Shown: positions 46,198 through 56,114, counted from the first letter of the stretch. The stretch is DNA of 64,000 bases from Myxococcota bacterium (GCA_039208735.1 JBCCQY010000037.1:1-64000); one strand, 5' to 3'. Notes: generated by a model from the letters alone, not told the origin. Program-made: numbers and translations.

Positions 46198-47595
46198 TTG
46201 TCAACCCGATCGTTTCTTGCCCTCATGCTCCCTGTCATCGTGGCTTGCGGGGGTCCTGACGACCCACCTCCCCCCGACAACTCACCCGTGTCAGACCTGT
46301 CGTGGGAACTAAGCGATGTGTTCTTGGGCCCCGTGACGGTGCAGTGGACCCAGCGTGAGGCGTTCGACGTCGTCGTGGAATACCAAGTCGACGACGACTG
46401 GCGGCAGACCCCCACCATCGAAGGCGTGGAGGGGGACAACGAGGCCACCGTGGTCGGCATCCCGCTTGGCGATAGCGCGGAGTGGCGGATCACCCTTACG
46501 GACGGCACGTCGATCGACAGCAATGACCCGATCGAACAACGCCCGATCAACGACGGCATGCCGTTGCCGACGATCACCGAGTCCCAACCCGACCTCTGGG
46601 AACCCACCGCCAACTACCTGCTCGTTTCGATCAACGAAAACGCGTGTACCTGGTGTCCAGGCGTCTATTGGCTCATGATCATCGACCGTGAAGGACGCCC
46701 GGTTTGGGCCACTCGGACGTCGCCGGGTCACTGGATTCTCTACGCTCAGGTCTCGATCACCAGCAACACGCTGCTTTGGGACGACATCGGCCAGTCCTAC
46801 GATGACTCGGTGGCACTCCGCGCTTACCTTGACGAGCCGGTCGAAGAAATCGCGATTCCCGGTCACCACCATGCGATGGTCGAGCTGCCCGACGGCACGT
46901 TGGCGTGGGGCGCAGGAAGCTACACCGATTACACCGAATCGATCATGGAGCGGGCTCCGGGTGCAGTGGCGCCGACGGAAATCTGGTCCTGCGAGAATTG
47001 GCCGGCGCTCGATGGCGAAGACACCAGCACCGAAACAACGCCCTACAGCGGGTACTACAGCGACGGGTGCTTCGGATCGAATGCGCTGTGGTACGACCCG
47101 GCGAGCGACACCTACACCTACAGCTGGTACTCGGTCGAATCGGTGGTCGAAGTCGACCGCAGCACGGGTGAAGCCACGTGGTGGTCGCAGAGCGGGGGAC
47201 TCCCCTTGGAAGGCCTCGACAACGAGTACTCCTTCGATCCGCCGTCATCGCAGTTCATCTGGCAGCACGGTGTCGAGATTCTGGACAACGGCCACCTCTT
47301 GATCTCGTCCGACGACGCCGACAGCACCTTGGTGCGGGAGTATGAAATCGACCGTGAGGCCAAGGTGCTCCGCGAAGTGTGGAGCTACGACCCCGGTGTG
47401 TACGCCCAGTTCAACGGCGACACGCGACGCCTGCCCGGCGGCAACACCCTGCATGGCGTGGGGGCGGCGTCGGTGCTTTACGAGGTCACGCCCGACAACA
47501 CGGTCGCCTGGCGTGCGTTCTTTTCCGCCGACAAGATGCTCGGCCGTGCCGACGTCATCGAAGACCTCTACGACTACATCGCACCGCGGGAGTAG
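46198..47595 (+). CDS. Aryl-sulfate sulfotransferase (ASST)-like lipoprotein
   Basis: AGGAGG before TTG 46198; lipobox IVAC; IIDREGRPVW, HHAMVELPDG, WQHG, EVTPDNTVAW. Confidence 0.75.
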   Translation: MSTRSFLALMLPVIVACGGPDDPPPPDNSPVSDLSWELSDVFLGPVTVQWTQREAFDVVVEYQVDDDWRQTPTIEGVEGDNEATVVGIPLGDSAEWRITLTDGTSIDSNDPIEQRPINDGMPLPTITESQPDLWEPTANYLLVSINENACTWCPGVYWLMIIDREGRPVWATRTSPGHWILYAQVSITSNTLLWDDIGQSYDDSVALRAYLDEPVEEIAIPGHHHAMVELPDGTLAWGAGSYTDYTESIMERAPGAVAPTEIWSCENWPALDGEDTSTETTPYSGYYSDGCFGSNALWYDPASDTYTYSWYSVESVVEVDRSTGEATWWSQSGGLPLEGLDNEYSFDPPSSQFIWQHGVEILDNGHLLISSDDADSTLVREYEIDREAKVLREVWSYDPGVYAQFNGDTRRLPGGNTLHGVGAASVLYEVTPDNTVAWRAFFSADKMLGRADVIEDLYDYIAPRE

Positions 47596-47676
47596 CCCGA
47601 GGGCGGCGCCACAAACCGGCACATCTGCGTGACCTCCGTCGTCCTACCTCCGTGACAAAGACGCATGGAGGATTCG

Positions 47677-48894
47677 ATGGGCCAACCGGAACGGGTCCTG
47701 ATCGTCGGGGGAGGCATTGCTGGACTGGGTGCGGCGCTTCGCCTCGCCGAGGCCGGAGTGGCCGTCGAGCTTGTGGAGCGAAGGCAGGAACTGGGGGGCG
47801 CGTGTCGCAGCGTTGAGGTCCCCAGTCCCGTAGGACCAAGGCGCATCGACGTCGGCGTCTGCGACTTCAATCGCGACACGTTCCGAGCCCTCGATGGGTT
47901 GCTGGGCACCTTGGGAGCCCCACTGGTTCCGGTATGCCAGGATGCATCCTACCGCTGGGCGGATGGCAGGTCGGTATCCCATGAATTGCTCCACCCCGAG
48001 ATCCGCCGATTCTCCGAGGAGGCCAACCTCCTCAACGACGAAGTGACGGCCGGCTCCTGGCTGGCCGCCCGGGGGTTTTCGGAGGCGTTCCTGACCCGTT
48101 GGTTTGCGCCTCGCGCCGCGGGCTGCTTTCCAAGCCCGGACGTGGACGCAAGGGAACTCCCCCTCCGAAGCCTCGTCCGCTTTTGGCGTATGCACGGAAT
48201 CGTAGGGGATCGCCCCGCCCGGCGGGTCTGCATCGTCGGGGGCATGCACCGCTACGTACCTGCGGTCCGCCGCCGCCTCGAGCGGGCCGGGGTTCACATT
48301 CACCTCGGAGAGACGGCGCTGGGCGTGCAGCGAGGTCCGGCCGGGGTCCGCCTTCGGACTTCCCAAGGCACCCACCACGCCGATGCACTCGTGCTGGCCA
48401 CCTGGCCTCACGTGGCCCTCCGCCTCATCGAGCCAACCGACGCGGAGCGCTCCGTGTTGTCGTCCTGCGCCACGCAGCCAGGTCGCGTAGTGGTCCACAC
48501 CGACCCTCGGCTCATGCCGCAGGACCGTCGCCATTGGGCGGCCTACAACTACGTGGCCAGCGAACCTCACGCACGCGTGCCCGGGCCGACCATCACGTTT
48601 TGGCCCGACCGCCTGGGCAATCGTCGGTCAACGCCAACCGAAACCCCGGTCTTCGTCACGCTTAATCCTCACATCGAACCGGCCTCCATCCTGTACGAAA
48701 CCACGTTTGTCCATCCCGTGTTCGGTCGAGCGGATGCCCTGCACAACCGGCTGGCCGCCCTTCAAGGCCAGCAGCGCACGTGGTTCTGCGGAAGCTGGGT
48801 TGCGGAGCCCTACCTCCACGAAACCGCGCTTCAATCTGGTCTCGACACAGCGCAGATGATCTTGCAGGCGTCCGAAAGGTCAGGCCTCCTCTGA
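47677..48894 (+). CDS. FAD-dependent oxidoreductase (COG2907-like NAD/FAD-binding protein)
   Basis: IVGGGIAGL, HTDPRLMP...WAAYNY, FVTLNP, LQGQQRTWFCGSW, HETALQSG. Confidence 0.85.
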   Translation: MGQPERVLIVGGGIAGLGAALRLAEAGVAVELVERRQELGGACRSVEVPSPVGPRRIDVGVCDFNRDTFRALDGLLGTLGAPLVPVCQDASYRWADGRSVSHELLHPEIRRFSEEANLLNDEVTAGSWLAARGFSEAFLTRWFAPRAAGCFPSPDVDARELPLRSLVRFWRMHGIVGDRPARRVCIVGGMHRYVPAVRRRLERAGVHIHLGETALGVQRGPAGVRLRTSQGTHHADALVLATWPHVALRLIEPTDAERSVLSSCATQPGRVVVHTDPRLMPQDRRHWAAYNYVASEPHARVPGPTITFWPDRLGNRRSTPTETPVFVTLNPHIEPASILYETTFVHPVFGRADALHNRLAALQGQQRTWFCGSWVAEPYLHETALQSGLDTAQMILQASERSGLL

Positions 48895-50373
48895 CGGTGC
48901 ACTGCTGAACCGGAGCCCGCCTTGTTTATCGAGACGTTGGCCCAGCACGGACTTCCTAAGGATGGCCTGTCCACCGTCGGTCATCGGTTCGATCGTGAGG
49001 TCCAGCAGCGCCTCGGATTGCACGTCGGCCACGGTTTGGGCCAGCGCTTCGCCAAAGAATACGGGATGGCGAAATCGCGCGCTCCCAAGCGACAAGGACC
49101 GTAGGCCACGGCCCACGGAAGACCGCACCAACGCTTGGGCGCTGGCCTCGCGTACCTCCCAATTGCGCCTGACGTCCAATGTGTGAAGCGCAGGCAGGCT
49201 CGCTTCGCTTAGGCAGTTCAGGAGGTCGTCGCCTTCCATGTCGATCGACCGTCCCTCCAACACCTCAAGGGTCGAAGTGAAGGGAGCGGACAGCAAGTCC
49301 ACGAACCAACTCGGCTCCTCAAAGTTGGTGTCGCTGATCTTCAAATGGCGAAAGGCACGCAGCCCTGGAACATCCGCAAACGCCTCGAACTCTTCGGGAT
49401 CGTTGAATCCCCGGCGCGTCAGATCGAGTTCTGCTAACTGCACGTCCTTGCCTAAGTCACGCCAAGGGATGTCGCCCCAGCTCAGGATGCCCTGCAGGTT
49501 GAGGTAGCGGAGTCGCGCGCCCAGGTGCGGCGAACGAAACAACCGCTCCAGCTCGGGTCCAAGCAGTCGGTTGTCCGGAAGCTCCAACGTTTCGATGCGC
49601 GCCAAACCGGGCCACGTGGCAAGCAAATCCATGGCTTCGTCCGTCAGCCCGCCATCCCAGTAGCTCCAACTCGTCTCGTTGGAGCCCCGCTCGCTTAGAA
49701 ACAACGAGGTGAGCTTCGGCAAGCGCCCGTCGGCCACGAGCGCGGGGACACCTTCACGACCGATGTTCGCCCGCATCATGAAGAGTGCCTGCAACTCGGT
49801 GAGATGCGGAGACGACAGCAGTGGCTCATGTCCAGGCGTCGCGGAGTACTGGTCGACAAGGTGCAGCCGTCGCACCGTGCTCAAGAATGGAGCCGCCGCC
49901 AGCCACGCGGGCTCATTGGGATCGCGAATCGCGCGCTCGATCGTCAGTTCCCGAAGGCCAGGAATCGGACGTAACGCCTGCGCTTCGGAAGCACTCGCCG
50001 GCCAAGACACCACAACGCTGGAGAACCCAGGAACCTGGGCCAGATCGTCCTGCACCTCGACCAAACGCTCGAAGCTGTCGACACGTGCTTCGTTGGGCCA
50101 TCCGCGGACGAAGGAGGGAGCCCATTGCACACCCGCGAGGTTGGGAAGCTCTGCCCGCCATTTCGCTCCATGCTGCTCGATCAAGGCCCTTTCGCGAACC
50201 TTGAGGGCAACCTGGCGGACGTCCCAATCCGGGTACTGTCGTCGTTGCAACTGGACGCGCACGAATTCGGCCCGGCCCCCCTCACCCCGGGCCTCGCACC
50301 AATCCGCAAACACAAGACGAGGTTGATCGTCAGCCGGCGCCGCCACAATGGCTTCCTGGAGCGTTCGACTCAT
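48880..50373 (-). CDS. TIGR02996 domain + LRR protein
   Basis: IVAAPADDQPRLVFADWCEARGEGGRAEFVRVQ, FVRGWP, many LxxLxL repeats; ATG overlaps upstream stop (ATGA 50373-50370). Confidence 0.9.
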   Translation of the reverse strand: MSRTLQEAIVAAPADDQPRLVFADWCEARGEGGRAEFVRVQLQRRQYPDWDVRQVALKVRERALIEQHGAKWRAELPNLAGVQWAPSFVRGWPNEARVDSFERLVEVQDDLAQVPGFSSVVVSWPASASEAQALRPIPGLRELTIERAIRDPNEPAWLAAAPFLSTVRRLHLVDQYSATPGHEPLLSSPHLTELQALFMMRANIGREGVPALVADGRLPKLTSLFLSERGSNETSWSYWDGGLTDEAMDLLATWPGLARIETLELPDNRLLGPELERLFRSPHLGARLRYLNLQGILSWGDIPWRDLGKDVQLAELDLTRRGFNDPEEFEAFADVPGLRAFRHLKISDTNFEEPSWFVDLLSAPFTSTLEVLEGRSIDMEGDDLLNCLSEASLPALHTLDVRRNWEVREASAQALVRSSVGRGLRSLSLGSARFRHPVFFGEALAQTVADVQSEALLDLTIEPMTDGGQAILRKSVLGQRLDKQGGLRFSSAPSEEA

Positions 50374-51131
50374 GCCCACCCTCCGCTGCGTTCGACAAAT
50401 CGGTCACGCACCTTCACCACAACCTCCGCCAGACGAGGCGCTCGGGGCCCCAGATGACGGCGCCAGGCGGCTCGGGAACCACGATTGACCCACCATTGAG
50501 GCCGGGCCAATGCCTCTTGGGCCCGCGCGTGTTCATGAGGCGCCTCGTGAAATGCGGCGAACAATGCTTCTGCGAGGGCATCGCGGTTCCACGAAAGGTC
50601 CGTCAGCGCGTGGAGGTCCACAAGGTCTTTGGGCCGCCAGCGCTCCGGGCCCGGCTCCACCAACACGCGAAGCTTTCGGGCCACTTGGGTCTCGGGACGG
50701 CACATCCACACCGTGGCCGCCCCGCGGCCGGACGCCAGCCTCGCGCGGATCGGGCCTGGCCCCAGGGGCAACCCGAGCGCGATATCGATGGGCAAGTCGC
50801 CCCCAACGCCGTCCACCCAGCCCGCCGCCACCACGCGAAACCCGCGGAGGCCCGCTGCGTCACGGACAGGCACAAGGCCAATGCGCTCCGCGTCGAAGCG
50901 AATGCCATCCGGTACTTGCGTTCGCAGGATGCGTTGCACATCTTCGCGAACGTCGGTTGAGCCTGCACATACCAGGTCGACGTCTCGGGCGACGCGATGG
51001 GGCCACCACGCCCGAAGTCGCAGGCCTCCGCGAAGCACGTAAGCATCGGCCTTGGGATGCCGGGCCAACCGGCGTAGGAAGCCTTCGAGGAGGGAGGGAT
51101 GTGGCGCGCAGCTACGCGTTGACAACGGCAT
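50370..51131 (-). CDS. AbiEii/AbiGii-like nucleotidyltransferase
   Basis: LEGFLRRLA, YVLRGG...RVARDVDL, IDIALG, PETQVARKL, RPKDLVDL; GAGGT RBS before ATG 51131. Confidence 0.8.
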   Translation of the reverse strand: MPLSTRSCAPHPSLLEGFLRRLARHPKADAYVLRGGLRLRAWWPHRVARDVDLVCAGSTDVREDVQRILRTQVPDGIRFDAERIGLVPVRDAAGLRGFRVVAAGWVDGVGGDLPIDIALGLPLGPGPIRARLASGRGAATVWMCRPETQVARKLRVLVEPGPERWRPKDLVDLHALTDLSWNRDALAEALFAAFHEAPHEHARAQEALARPQWWVNRGSRAAWRRHLGPRAPRLAEVVVKVRDRFVERSGGWA

Positions 51132-51780
51132 GCAGCACCTCACCGAGCTGCTCAAACGACGGCAGCACTGCGTCAGCCCCCAGGTCGTCGACCGAACCTT
51201 CTCGATAGCCCCATGGAACGGCAATGACGGGGATGCCTGCCGCACGGGCTGCGGCGACGTCCGTTTCGCTGTCCCCGACCAAGACGGCCGGAAGGACACC
51301 GCCCGCGCGCCAGATCGCTTCGTGGACGGGCGCAGGGTCGGGCTTGTGGACAGGCAAGGTATCGCCTCCCACCACCGCCGTCCCAAACGGAGCCGCCAAC
51401 GCCAATGCCTCGAGCAACTCCAGGGCGAGGGCTTCGGGCTTGTTGGTGCAAAGCGCCAGCGTCCATCCCTCTGCCCGGCTAGCTTCCAATGTCTCGAGAA
51501 CCCCAGGAAACGGCTGGGTTTCGTCGGCCACACAAGCCCGATAAGCGTCGAGGTAGTGGCGGTAGGCGGCTTCGACATCGAATGCGATGCCCGGGGCTGT
51601 GGCTTCGAAGGCCCGTTGCAGCAACACTCGAGAGCCCCTGCCAATGAACCGTCGCGTCTCATCGAGGGTAATCGGGCGGCGCCCTGCGGCTTGCAGGACA
51701 GCATTGACCGCGGTCTTCAGATCCGGCGCACTGTCGACCAAGGTTCCATCGAGGTCGAAGACTACGGTCATCCCGCCCAT
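51112..51780 (-). CDS. gph: Phosphoglycolate phosphatase (HAD family)
   Basis: FDLDGTLVDSAPDL, CTNKP, KPDP, VGDSETD, WGY. Confidence 0.88.
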   Translation of the reverse strand: MGGMTVVFDLDGTLVDSAPDLKTAVNAVLQAAGRRPITLDETRRFIGRGSRVLLQRAFEATAPGIAFDVEAAYRHYLDAYRACVADETQPFPGVLETLEASRAEGWTLALCTNKPEALALELLEALALAAPFGTAVVGGDTLPVHKPDPAPVHEAIWRAGGVLPAVLVGDSETDVAAARAAGIPVIAVPWGYREGSVDDLGADAVLPSFEQLGEVLHAVVNA

Positions 51781-51943
51781 GGGCCCCTCTACCGCCGTCT
51801 CGTGGCGGGTTCGAACCCCTATTCGGCCGTGAGGTGGCCGCCCAATTCGAGGCCCCGACAGCGCGGCCGCCCACGAAACCAGCCCTGGATCACACGTTTT
51901 GCGCCACAACCGCGCAAGTTGCCGTTGCGCCCTATGGTTCGCA

Positions 51944-53107
51944 TCACGGGAGCGTGTGGAACAACACCCGGTCCGGCCCCCCTCTCGAGCAGAGGACCAC
52001 GTCGATCCCACCGTCCTGGTCGAGATCACCGGCCTCAATGTCGAGCCCATTGCCGTGGGGAAGATCCACGAACCACGCCGCGGTCACATCTCCAAACGTC
52101 CCTTCGTCGTTTTCCCACGCCGTCCAGGGGCCGGGGAGCAATCCTCCGGGACCGTGTTGGGTGTGGGCGCCAAGCAGGTCGAGGTCGCCATCTCCATCCA
52201 GATCCACCAGGTCGAGGTCGAGCGTGTCGAACGACTCTTGAGGCAGGGCGTTGCGATCGCGTCGGAACGTGCCATCTCCCCGCCCGAGCCACAGGAATGA
52301 CTGGGGGTTGTCGCCCGAGAACCCTACTCGGGAGGCCACCAGGTCAAGCACGCCGTCTCCATCGACATCGCCGAGGGCAATTTCCCGCGTCTCACCGCTC
52401 GGGCCGGCAATCGCCTTGATCTGCTCCGTGAAGCGGCCCGCGCCATCGTTGAGCCAAATCGCATCGAGGCCTTCATTACCGACGGCCACATCGAGGTCAC
52501 CGTCACCATCGACGTCTCCGACGGCCAGATCCTGGGTGACCGCGACGGTCGGCGGCACATCGTTGTGGGCGGCCACCAGTCCGTTGGAGCCCCCACGCCA
52601 AAGGGAGTTTGGCCCTGCGTTGCCGATCATGACATCCACCCATCCATCGCCATCGAAGTCGGCCGCAACCACCGCATTGCTCGGAACGGACTCGTCGACC
52701 GAGTCGGAGGCATCGACGAACTCGAGTCCTCCCGATCCCAGGTACAGCTCGTTGGCCCCACCCAAATCCTCATTGGCGAAGAACAGGTCGAGGTGTCCAT
52801 CGCCGTTGAGATCCGCGACCAGTGCATGCTCGCTGTCCGTGGGGGACCGAAACGGGATGTCGTGATGGGTGAATCGGCCCGACCCATCGTTGAGGAGGAC
52901 GACGTTCGCAGGACCTTCGGTCGCAATGACCAAGTCCAAGTCGGTGTCGGCGTCGAGATCCGCCAACGCGACATCCATGCAAGGCCGGTCGAGCCAGGGC
53001 GTGGGAAGCATCCGAGCAGGATCTTCCTGCCAAACAGGCGGTGACACCGCCGGTTGCTCTTCGGCCTGGCAGGCGATCAGAACGCTAAGCAGTCCGACGC
53101 GCATCAT
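51944..53107 (-). CDS. FG-GAP/VCBS repeat lipoprotein
   Basis: Lipobox LIAC; seven DxDGDGDxD-type repeats; ATGA overlap with upstream hydrolase. Confidence 0.88.
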   Translation of the reverse strand: MMRVGLLSVLIACQAEEQPAVSPPVWQEDPARMLPTPWLDRPCMDVALADLDADTDLDLVIATEGPANVVLLNDGSGRFTHHDIPFRSPTDSEHALVADLNGDGHLDLFFANEDLGGANELYLGSGGLEFVDASDSVDESVPSNAVVAADFDGDGWVDVMIGNAGPNSLWRGGSNGLVAAHNDVPPTVAVTQDLAVGDVDGDGDLDVAVGNEGLDAIWLNDGAGRFTEQIKAIAGPSGETREIALGDVDGDGVLDLVASRVGFSGDNPQSFLWLGRGDGTFRRDRNALPQESFDTLDLDLVDLDGDGDLDLLGAHTQHGPGGLLPGPWTAWENDEGTFGDVTAAWFVDLPHGNGLDIEAGDLDQDGGIDVVLCSRGGPDRVLFHTLP

Positions 53108-54621
53108 GGCGCCCCCCACGGGTCAGAGGTGCCGAAGAACGCGTCAGAAGCCTCGGCGTCCGGGGCGAACAAAGCTGGAACCAACGTGTCCAAACACCCC
53201 GACACCGGACTCGCAGGATCGCGAAGTTGGTCCACGAGAATGCGCGCCGTGCAATCGCCCCATCCGTCGAAGGGTGTCGCCCCAACGAGACCATGCGCGC
53301 CATCGGGAATCTCGATGAGGACGCTCTCGGTCCACGCATCGGCGAGGGCTCGGACCCGGTCGATGTCCGAGGTTGGGTCGCGCTTGCCGTGGAACAAGGT
53401 TGCCGGCACGTCGGCCGGGATGGTCACTCGGTCTGCGGGCACCGAGACGCGCGGCCAGCCCTCCGCAAACCAAGCGATGTCTGCACCGCGTCCGGTAGCG
53501 GCGACCGCTGTTTCGAGCGCTTGATCGAGGTCTGCGCTGGAAGGCCCGTCCGACCACAGATCATTGGACGCGACATGCCAAAACAGGGGCCACTGCAACG
53601 CGCTACTCGGGGGCGGCTCGTCGATGGTCAGGACGTCGAAGAACAGGTGTTCGATGGCCTCCACATCGGACGGTGCGCAGCGCGCCAACCTCGCGTAGAG
53701 GGGCGCCACCAACGGTCGGGTCGTCGTGCTCATAAGGAACTCGCCGGCCCATGTACGAACCTCCTCCGCGGTGACCCCGAGGTCGACGCAATGGGTGCCC
53801 TCTCGAAGGCCGACAAGAGCATTGAATGCTTCTTGCAGTGGCGGACCTGCGAACTGCGCTCGGCACTCCGAAGACGCTTCACAGGCGCGCAACCAGTCCC
53901 GACCCGTTTCATCCATGGTGCGATCGAAATCATGAAACACCGTGTCTGGCGGAATCACGGCCTCGAGCACCACGTGGTCGACCAGCTTTGGGGCTCGAGC
54001 CGCAACGCGACTGGCCCAATACGTGCCGTAGGACGCTCCCAACACCACGGTGCGCTGGGAGGGCCACCGCGTGGCCTCGATGAGCGCGATCACGTCCGCG
54101 GCAGCGGCCTCGGTGGTGAAGTGCGAAAGGTCGTGGCTCGCCGCCACGTGCCGGGCGCACGCGTCGCGCTCGTTCCTCGTCACCCCCACGCCCCCTTCCG
54201 ACGTGGGCGCCTCCTCATCCGGGCAGGTCAGCGCGGCACTCTCGCCCGTTCCCCGGTGGTCCAGCGTATAAAAGGTGGCTTGTGGCAGATAGGTCTGCAG
54301 CCAGGACCTCCCAAACAGGTTGGGCACGCCCGGCTGCCCCGGACCTCCCGGCAACACCCAAATCGCCATCTCATGATTGGGTTCCGCAGCGGGCAAGCGT
54401 TTGATCGCAATGGGAAGCGTTCTTCCATCGGGCTTTGCGATGTCCAAGGGAAGGTCGACGGTCACACACTCCGCACGGAGGTCGCCCGGCGCAAGAAGGT
54501 CACAGGGCGCCCAGGCCCAGGCCTCAGCGTCGGGGGAATGAAGCGCTGGCGAGGGGGGCGATGGCTCAACAGGGCTGGCGCAGCCAAACCACCCCACCAG
54601 CCCAAGGAAACCGAGGTGCAC
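53104..54621 (-). CDS. Lipoprotein alpha/beta-hydrolase (TAP-like peptidase/esterase)
   Basis: PGGPG, DHRGTG, GASYGT, GKRDP, GAHG; signal ending WFGC. Confidence 0.88.
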   Translation of the reverse strand: MHLGFLGLVGWFGCASPVEPSPPSPALHSPDAEAWAWAPCDLLAPGDLRAECVTVDLPLDIAKPDGRTLPIAIKRLPAAEPNHEMAIWVLPGGPGQPGVPNLFGRSWLQTYLPQATFYTLDHRGTGESAALTCPDEEAPTSEGGVGVTRNERDACARHVAASHDLSHFTTEAAAADVIALIEATRWPSQRTVVLGASYGTYWASRVAARAPKLVDHVVLEAVIPPDTVFHDFDRTMDETGRDWLRACEASSECRAQFAGPPLQEAFNALVGLREGTHCVDLGVTAEEVRTWAGEFLMSTTTRPLVAPLYARLARCAPSDVEAIEHLFFDVLTIDEPPPSSALQWPLFWHVASNDLWSDGPSSADLDQALETAVAATGRGADIAWFAEGWPRVSVPADRVTIPADVPATLFHGKRDPTSDIDRVRALADAWTESVLIEIPDGAHGLVGATPFDGWGDCTARILVDQLRDPASPVSGCLDTLVPALFAPDAEASDAFFGTSDPWGAP

Positions 54622-54677
54622 GAAACCTCCTGATCGGTCGACCCGCCGTAGCGGACACCACCACCCGGCCGAGGATT

Positions 54678-54701
54678 TCTTGAACCGTCTTGAACGTGAA
54701 C
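54678..54701. promoter_or_regulatory. Direct repeats TCTTGAAC x2 (+TGAAC), candidate winged-helix binding site
   Basis: Units at 54678 and 54688 (10-bp period) and partial at 54697, between divergent regulator and hydrolase. Confidence 0.55.
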
Positions 54702-54731
54702 GGCGTCCCCAATTCGCCCACGGTCCAGGAC

Positions 54732-55862
54732 ATGCGGCTTCCGTTAGACCTTGGCTACGTCGACCTTGAGCGCCGGCGCGTGGTGCATCCGGCCGAGGAA
54801 CGACGCCTCACCGTGCGAGAGTCGGACCTCCTGCGCTACCTCGCGCGAGCATCCCCTCGCGCCGTGGCCGTGCCGGAGCTGCTTGAGGCGGTATGGGGCG
54901 TGCGCGGTGATCTCGATACGCACACCGTCCAGACCGTGGTCTACACCTTGCGACGCAAAATCGAGGTGGAGCCCAGACATCCACGCCACGTGCTCACATG
55001 CCGGCCTTTGGCTTATCGCTTTGTGCCGGGAGAGCGGTCGGCGGCGATGCAGATCGTGGAAGCCGCAGGCGCCCTCGTAGCGCTCGATGCCCATGCCGCG
55101 GCGGCGATGTTGCAGGCGGTCCTCGACCCGGTTCAGCCCGGCCTCTCCACCGAAACCCAGGCCGTTGCCTACCTGCTCCTCGGAGCGCTTCGGCAACGGC
55201 AAGGCCGGCTCGATGAGGCACTGCAAGCCGTGGATCGGGCCCCCACCACCGGCATCTCGGCCACGTCGCGAGGTCGCTACGCCGTCGTTCGATCCCTCGC
55301 GTTCTACCGAGCCGAACGCCTCGATCTCGCAACTCAGCACGCCCAAAAGGCACGTGACGCGGTGGCCGGACATCCGGTGGCCGAACCCATGTGGCGCTTC
55401 AACACCACCCTGCACCGGTGTGACGACCCTGGGGTGCTCGCTGAGTGGTCGGCCATGGTGAAGCCATTGGGCCAAGCGGAGGTTCCTCGCTACGCCCTGC
55501 TCGTGGCCGCGGCGACCGGGATCGCCTACCGGCGGCGTGGGGAACTCGATCGAAGCCTTGGAGTGACCCACCGCGTGCTTGACCTCATCCACCCCACGCG
55601 GCCCTACGAGTCCCGTGTGGTGCTTGAGAACCGCGCCGCAAGCCTAGCGCGGATGGGCCATGCTGAAGATGCCGATGCCGCTTGGCAAGCCGCACAAACC
55701 ATCGACCCGGCCGCCCGACGACTCGACGAAGACTTCGGGTGGTCGGAGCGCCTCGTCTACGCGGCCGAACGTACGCCATCAGCGTCGACCGCCGTCCATG
55801 CAAGATTCGAGGACCGTTCTCGCTACAGCCCCTTCACACGGTGGGCCGGAAGCAACGCCTAA
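54732..55862 (+). CDS. OmpR-type winged-helix + TPR regulator, no receiver domain
   Basis: LTVRESDLLRYLA, ELLEAVWG, TLRRKIE...PRHV; helical C-half. Confidence 0.82.
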   Translation: MRLPLDLGYVDLERRRVVHPAEERRLTVRESDLLRYLARASPRAVAVPELLEAVWGVRGDLDTHTVQTVVYTLRRKIEVEPRHPRHVLTCRPLAYRFVPGERSAAMQIVEAAGALVALDAHAAAAMLQAVLDPVQPGLSTETQAVAYLLLGALRQRQGRLDEALQAVDRAPTTGISATSRGRYAVVRSLAFYRAERLDLATQHAQKARDAVAGHPVAEPMWRFNTTLHRCDDPGVLAEWSAMVKPLGQAEVPRYALLVAAATGIAYRRRGELDRSLGVTHRVLDLIHPTRPYESRVVLENRAASLARMGHAEDADAAWQAAQTIDPAARRLDEDFGWSERLVYAAERTPSASTAVHARFEDRSRYSPFTRWAGSNA

Positions 55863-56047
55863 GCGTCCGCGCCCGTATCCGAATCGTCTTCCATCTCGGG
55901 CATGCAGACGCCTTCGGTCTGACCCGCCTCGATGTCGCAGGTGAATCCGTCACGGCAGTCGTCGTTCATCTCGCAGGCATCCCCTTCGCCACCACCACAA
56001 GCCACGAGCCCCGCGGCCAACACTGCCCACATCATCGCCGTCTTCAT
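55859..56047 (-). CDS. Small acidic Cys-rich lipoprotein (62 aa)
   Basis: AAGGAG RBS; LVAC lipobox; C-x5-C-x5-C-x10-C. Confidence 0.75.
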   Translation of the reverse strand: MKTAMMWAVLAAGLVACGGGEGDACEMNDDCRDGFTCDIEAGQTEGVCMPEMEDDSDTGADA

Positions 56048-56114
56048 GCACGCTCCTTTGGTCGAAGGGCACCCTCCGACACTGACAAAGGTGTGCAGCG
56101 CCCACGCGAACGGC

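Noticed and set aside
51805..51825. GGTTCGAACCC tRNA T-loop-like sequence
   Set aside because: T-stem does not pair fully on either strand and no cloverleaf upstream
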